64,000 nt of DNA from Phoronis australis (lineage: Eukaryota > Animalia > Phoronida), in NCBI GenBank assembly GCA_002633005.1, contig NMRA01000163.1, forward strand, positions 559,961 through 623,960, given 5' to 3'. The notes under the pieces were generated by a model. It had not been told where the DNA came from. It was given only the letters and a program-made list of their open reading frames with translations, and made no database searches. How positions within the stretch are numbered: the first letter of the stretch is position 1; each line of letters starts with the position of its first letter. Shown one piece after another: positions 62,201 to 64,000 of this stretch. Made by a program: the position numbers and the translations under genes.

Positions 62201-63212
62201 GTAAAACGTACTGTCTGTTTGTCGACTTTAGGCAAGTAGGCGGAGCTTGCGATAGGTCAATTACGAAAGGAACAGTGTCGTGTGCGAAAATAAAGGCAAC
62301 TCTAGAGAAGAAATAGTATTGGGTGACATCATGAGAACGTTGCAACAAAAGTTTGTGGTATTGCGTTACAGTGAGGAGAATATAACAACTAGGAATATTG
62401 CATGAGTCACTGTTAATGAGATATTTTAGCTACGCTCTTCCAAAAATAGTTGCTAAACGTCGGTTTTGTTAAGGAAGAGAATCGTTTGTTTGATCTTACA
62501 GTGTACCTTTGTAGGGTCCCGTCGGTGACCAAATGGTTTCTATGGCATTGGCAACACCCGACAACTTTGTACTAAAACCACAGCGGGAAGGAGGGGGAAA
62601 TAACCTGCATGGTCAAGACATGGTGCCCCTGCTGAAAGAAATTCAGCATTCAGAAGAAAGGAATGCTTATGTATTAATGGAGTTGATTAAACCATGGGTA
62701 GTCAGGAATGTTTTCATTATGCCTGGATTGCCGGTAACTTCTGGTGACGTAACAGGAGAATTAGGCGTATTTGGTGTTCTACTAGCGTAAGTTTCGAGCT
62801 CAGTTTTCTTACATAGCTTGCCACGTACACTGCACTTTACTGTGGATGACCAATTATGGAAATCTAATGTCTTTGTATCAGCAAAATCACCGCGGTAATT
62901 CCCGTGGTCTTTACGGCGAGGTTACCCTTCTGTAGTGAATGTCTTTCGTTAGCTGTAATTCTTTTGAACTTTCTGTTTGTAAAGTAACCTTTGTAAAACC
63001 TGCTGTAGATGTCGAACCGGCAAATCAAAGCCATGCGTTATTGTCTTTTTATAACTCCACAAGGCTCTCGAATCTACCTTTTCAGGTATGAGGACGAAGT
63101 AATTGAGAACAGGTTTGTTGGGACTTTGTTGAGAACAAAGTTCTCAGATGTGAAAGAGAGTCGTGTTTTAATTCGAGCTGCTTGCGTCGATTCTCCTTTG
63201 CTGGTAGACTAG
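47117..63212 (+). CDS. GSS: Glutathione synthetase-like paralog 2, 481 aa, 11 coding exons, divergent A-loop
   Basis: Same exon lengths and phases as paralog 1, no stops or frameshifts, all junctions GT-AG. Motifs [53 protein letters not shown], LLRTK. A-loop reads ESRVLIR. Confidence 0.93.
47755..48530. mobile_element. Degenerate inverted-repeat element in GSS paralog 2 intron 1
   Basis: TAATTTTACGCTCA and CGCTCGT motifs on the left are mirrored by TGAGCGTAAAATTAC and ATTACGAGCG on the right. Confidence 0.45.
49803..49989 (+). CDS. GSS: GSS paralog 2 exon 2
   Basis: ITVRTPEAPE...MTMFPSPVKRQFYNEALALQSEFNLL; GT-AG. Confidence 0.9.
52063..52138 (+). CDS. GSS: GSS paralog 2 exon 3
   Basis: VIKVDSYTRGLWDIYQSVRKEGVTQ; GT-AG. 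Confidence 0.9.
52854..52993 (+). CDS. GSS: GSS paralog 2 exon 4
   Basis: LCLFRNDFM...[11 protein letters not shown]; GT-AG. Confidence 0.9.
53563..53617 (+). CDS. GSS: GSS paralog 2 exon 5
   Basis: FLMSSYLGVFGEDTLNSR; GT-AG. Confidence 0.88.
55154..55227 (+). CDS. GSS: GSS paralog 2 exon 6
   Basis: LPQNDPNEGMAKGLVKAWQLF; GT-AG. Confidence 0.9.
55783..55947 (+). CDS. GSS: GSS paralog 2 exon 7
   Basis: [19 protein letters not shown]; GT-AG. Confidence 0.9.
58756..58825 (+). CDS. GSS: GSS paralog 2 exon 8
   Basis: VAVTYFRSGYTHRAYP; GT-AG. Confidence 0.9.
61038..61229 (+). CDS. GSS: GSS paralog 2 exon 9
   Basis: [33 protein letters not shown]; GT-AG. Confidence 0.92.
62515..62786 (+). CDS. 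GSS: GSS paralog 2 exon 10
   Basis: [16 protein letters not shown]...YVLMELI...GELGVFG; GT-AG. Confidence 0.92.
63086..63212 (+). CDS. GSS: GSS paralog 2 terminal exon
   Basis: GTLLRTKFSDVKESRVLIRAACVDSPLLVD*. Confidence 0.9.
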
Positions 63213-64000
63213 CCAGGTAAGTTATTTTTGGCATTCGATGCCAAAAAGTGTGTGTTCATTCCAATTGTAAAAAGCCGAATATTTTCTAAAATATCGGCGT
63301 TTCTTTGCCATAGGGCTAATGTGTATTTTCTAAAAGTTTTTATTCAATAACAAATAGAAGCTTCCACGAAAATGGAGAATATCATGTTTACGTGAGGTGT
63401 CCATACATTTACTCTTGACTATTTCAAGTTATCCCCCCTATTTGACTTCATACGTTCAAGAGTTATGTGGTCGATTCTTTCAGCCTTATTATCAGATGTG
63501 ATCTTTGCACGTGCATGGTTATCATAAAGGCACTTCATGGTGGAAATGACCCGCTTTTAAAAATGTCACAAGTTAGGAAAGTTTTCAAGAGCAAATTATT
63601 TCGTAATCAACGTAAAACTAGTCCACGAATTCACCATTCTTTGCACCTGCAGTAGTGTCCTGCGTTTAAGACACAATGCATACAACTGCTTACTGAGTCA
63701 CAATCCAATTAAGCAGCAAATAAATTTTCGGAAAAACGTTTTTCCGTATTTCCTTCTTCCTGGAATGTTGCTGTTGCCTTTAAAGTTCTACGTGTGACCA
63801 GCACCTATCAAATCATGAATGGTATGGCGCAATAGTTCTACAACTTGTCAACCATAACTTCTGAAATTCCAGTTAAAGCGAAGGGGTTTATTTCAACAAG
63901 ATGAGTTACTGGCCTGTGTTTCTATTGCAGGTTGTGTTCTAGTGGTATCCAACAAATGCATTTAGGTCACGGCTACCATATAGGCTACCGTTGTGAAGTT

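Noticed and set aside
47117-63212. Paralog 2 as a pseudogene or uncollapsed haplotype of paralog 1
   Set aside because: All 11 exons, splice sites and frames are intact with catalytic residues retained, and divergence is far too high for alleles
63920-64000. Possible splice acceptor (ttctattgcag) at the window end
   Set aside because: Too little downstream sequence to judge

Overview
AT-rich animal (invertebrate-like) genomic window with spliceosomal introns and two assembly gaps. I assembled four protein-coding genes by hand from GT-AG junctions: (1) a 239-aa basic, low-complexity protein with a single coding exon (- strand, 1305-2024), head-to-head with (2) a 4-coding-exon, 306-aa protein with two EF-hands and a probable ubiquitin-like C-terminal domain (5320-10143), and (3,4) two intact tandem glutathione synthetase (GSS) paralogs at 18489-34181 and 47117-63212. 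Both paralogs have 11 coding exons of identical lengths and encode 481 aa. The main signal is in the second paralog. It keeps the ATP-grasp catalytic residues, but the A-loop that selects the third amino acid is rewritten (EGGIAVG to ESRVLIR). This suggests a neofunctionalised ligase making a non-glycine glutathione analogue, as plant homoglutathione synthetase does. The paralogs also differ in CpG content and in candidate promoter elements. The remainder is MITEs, Helentron/HINE-like elements, a tRNA-SINE, a truncated LINE and local tandem repeats. All counts are hand counts; no database searches were run.
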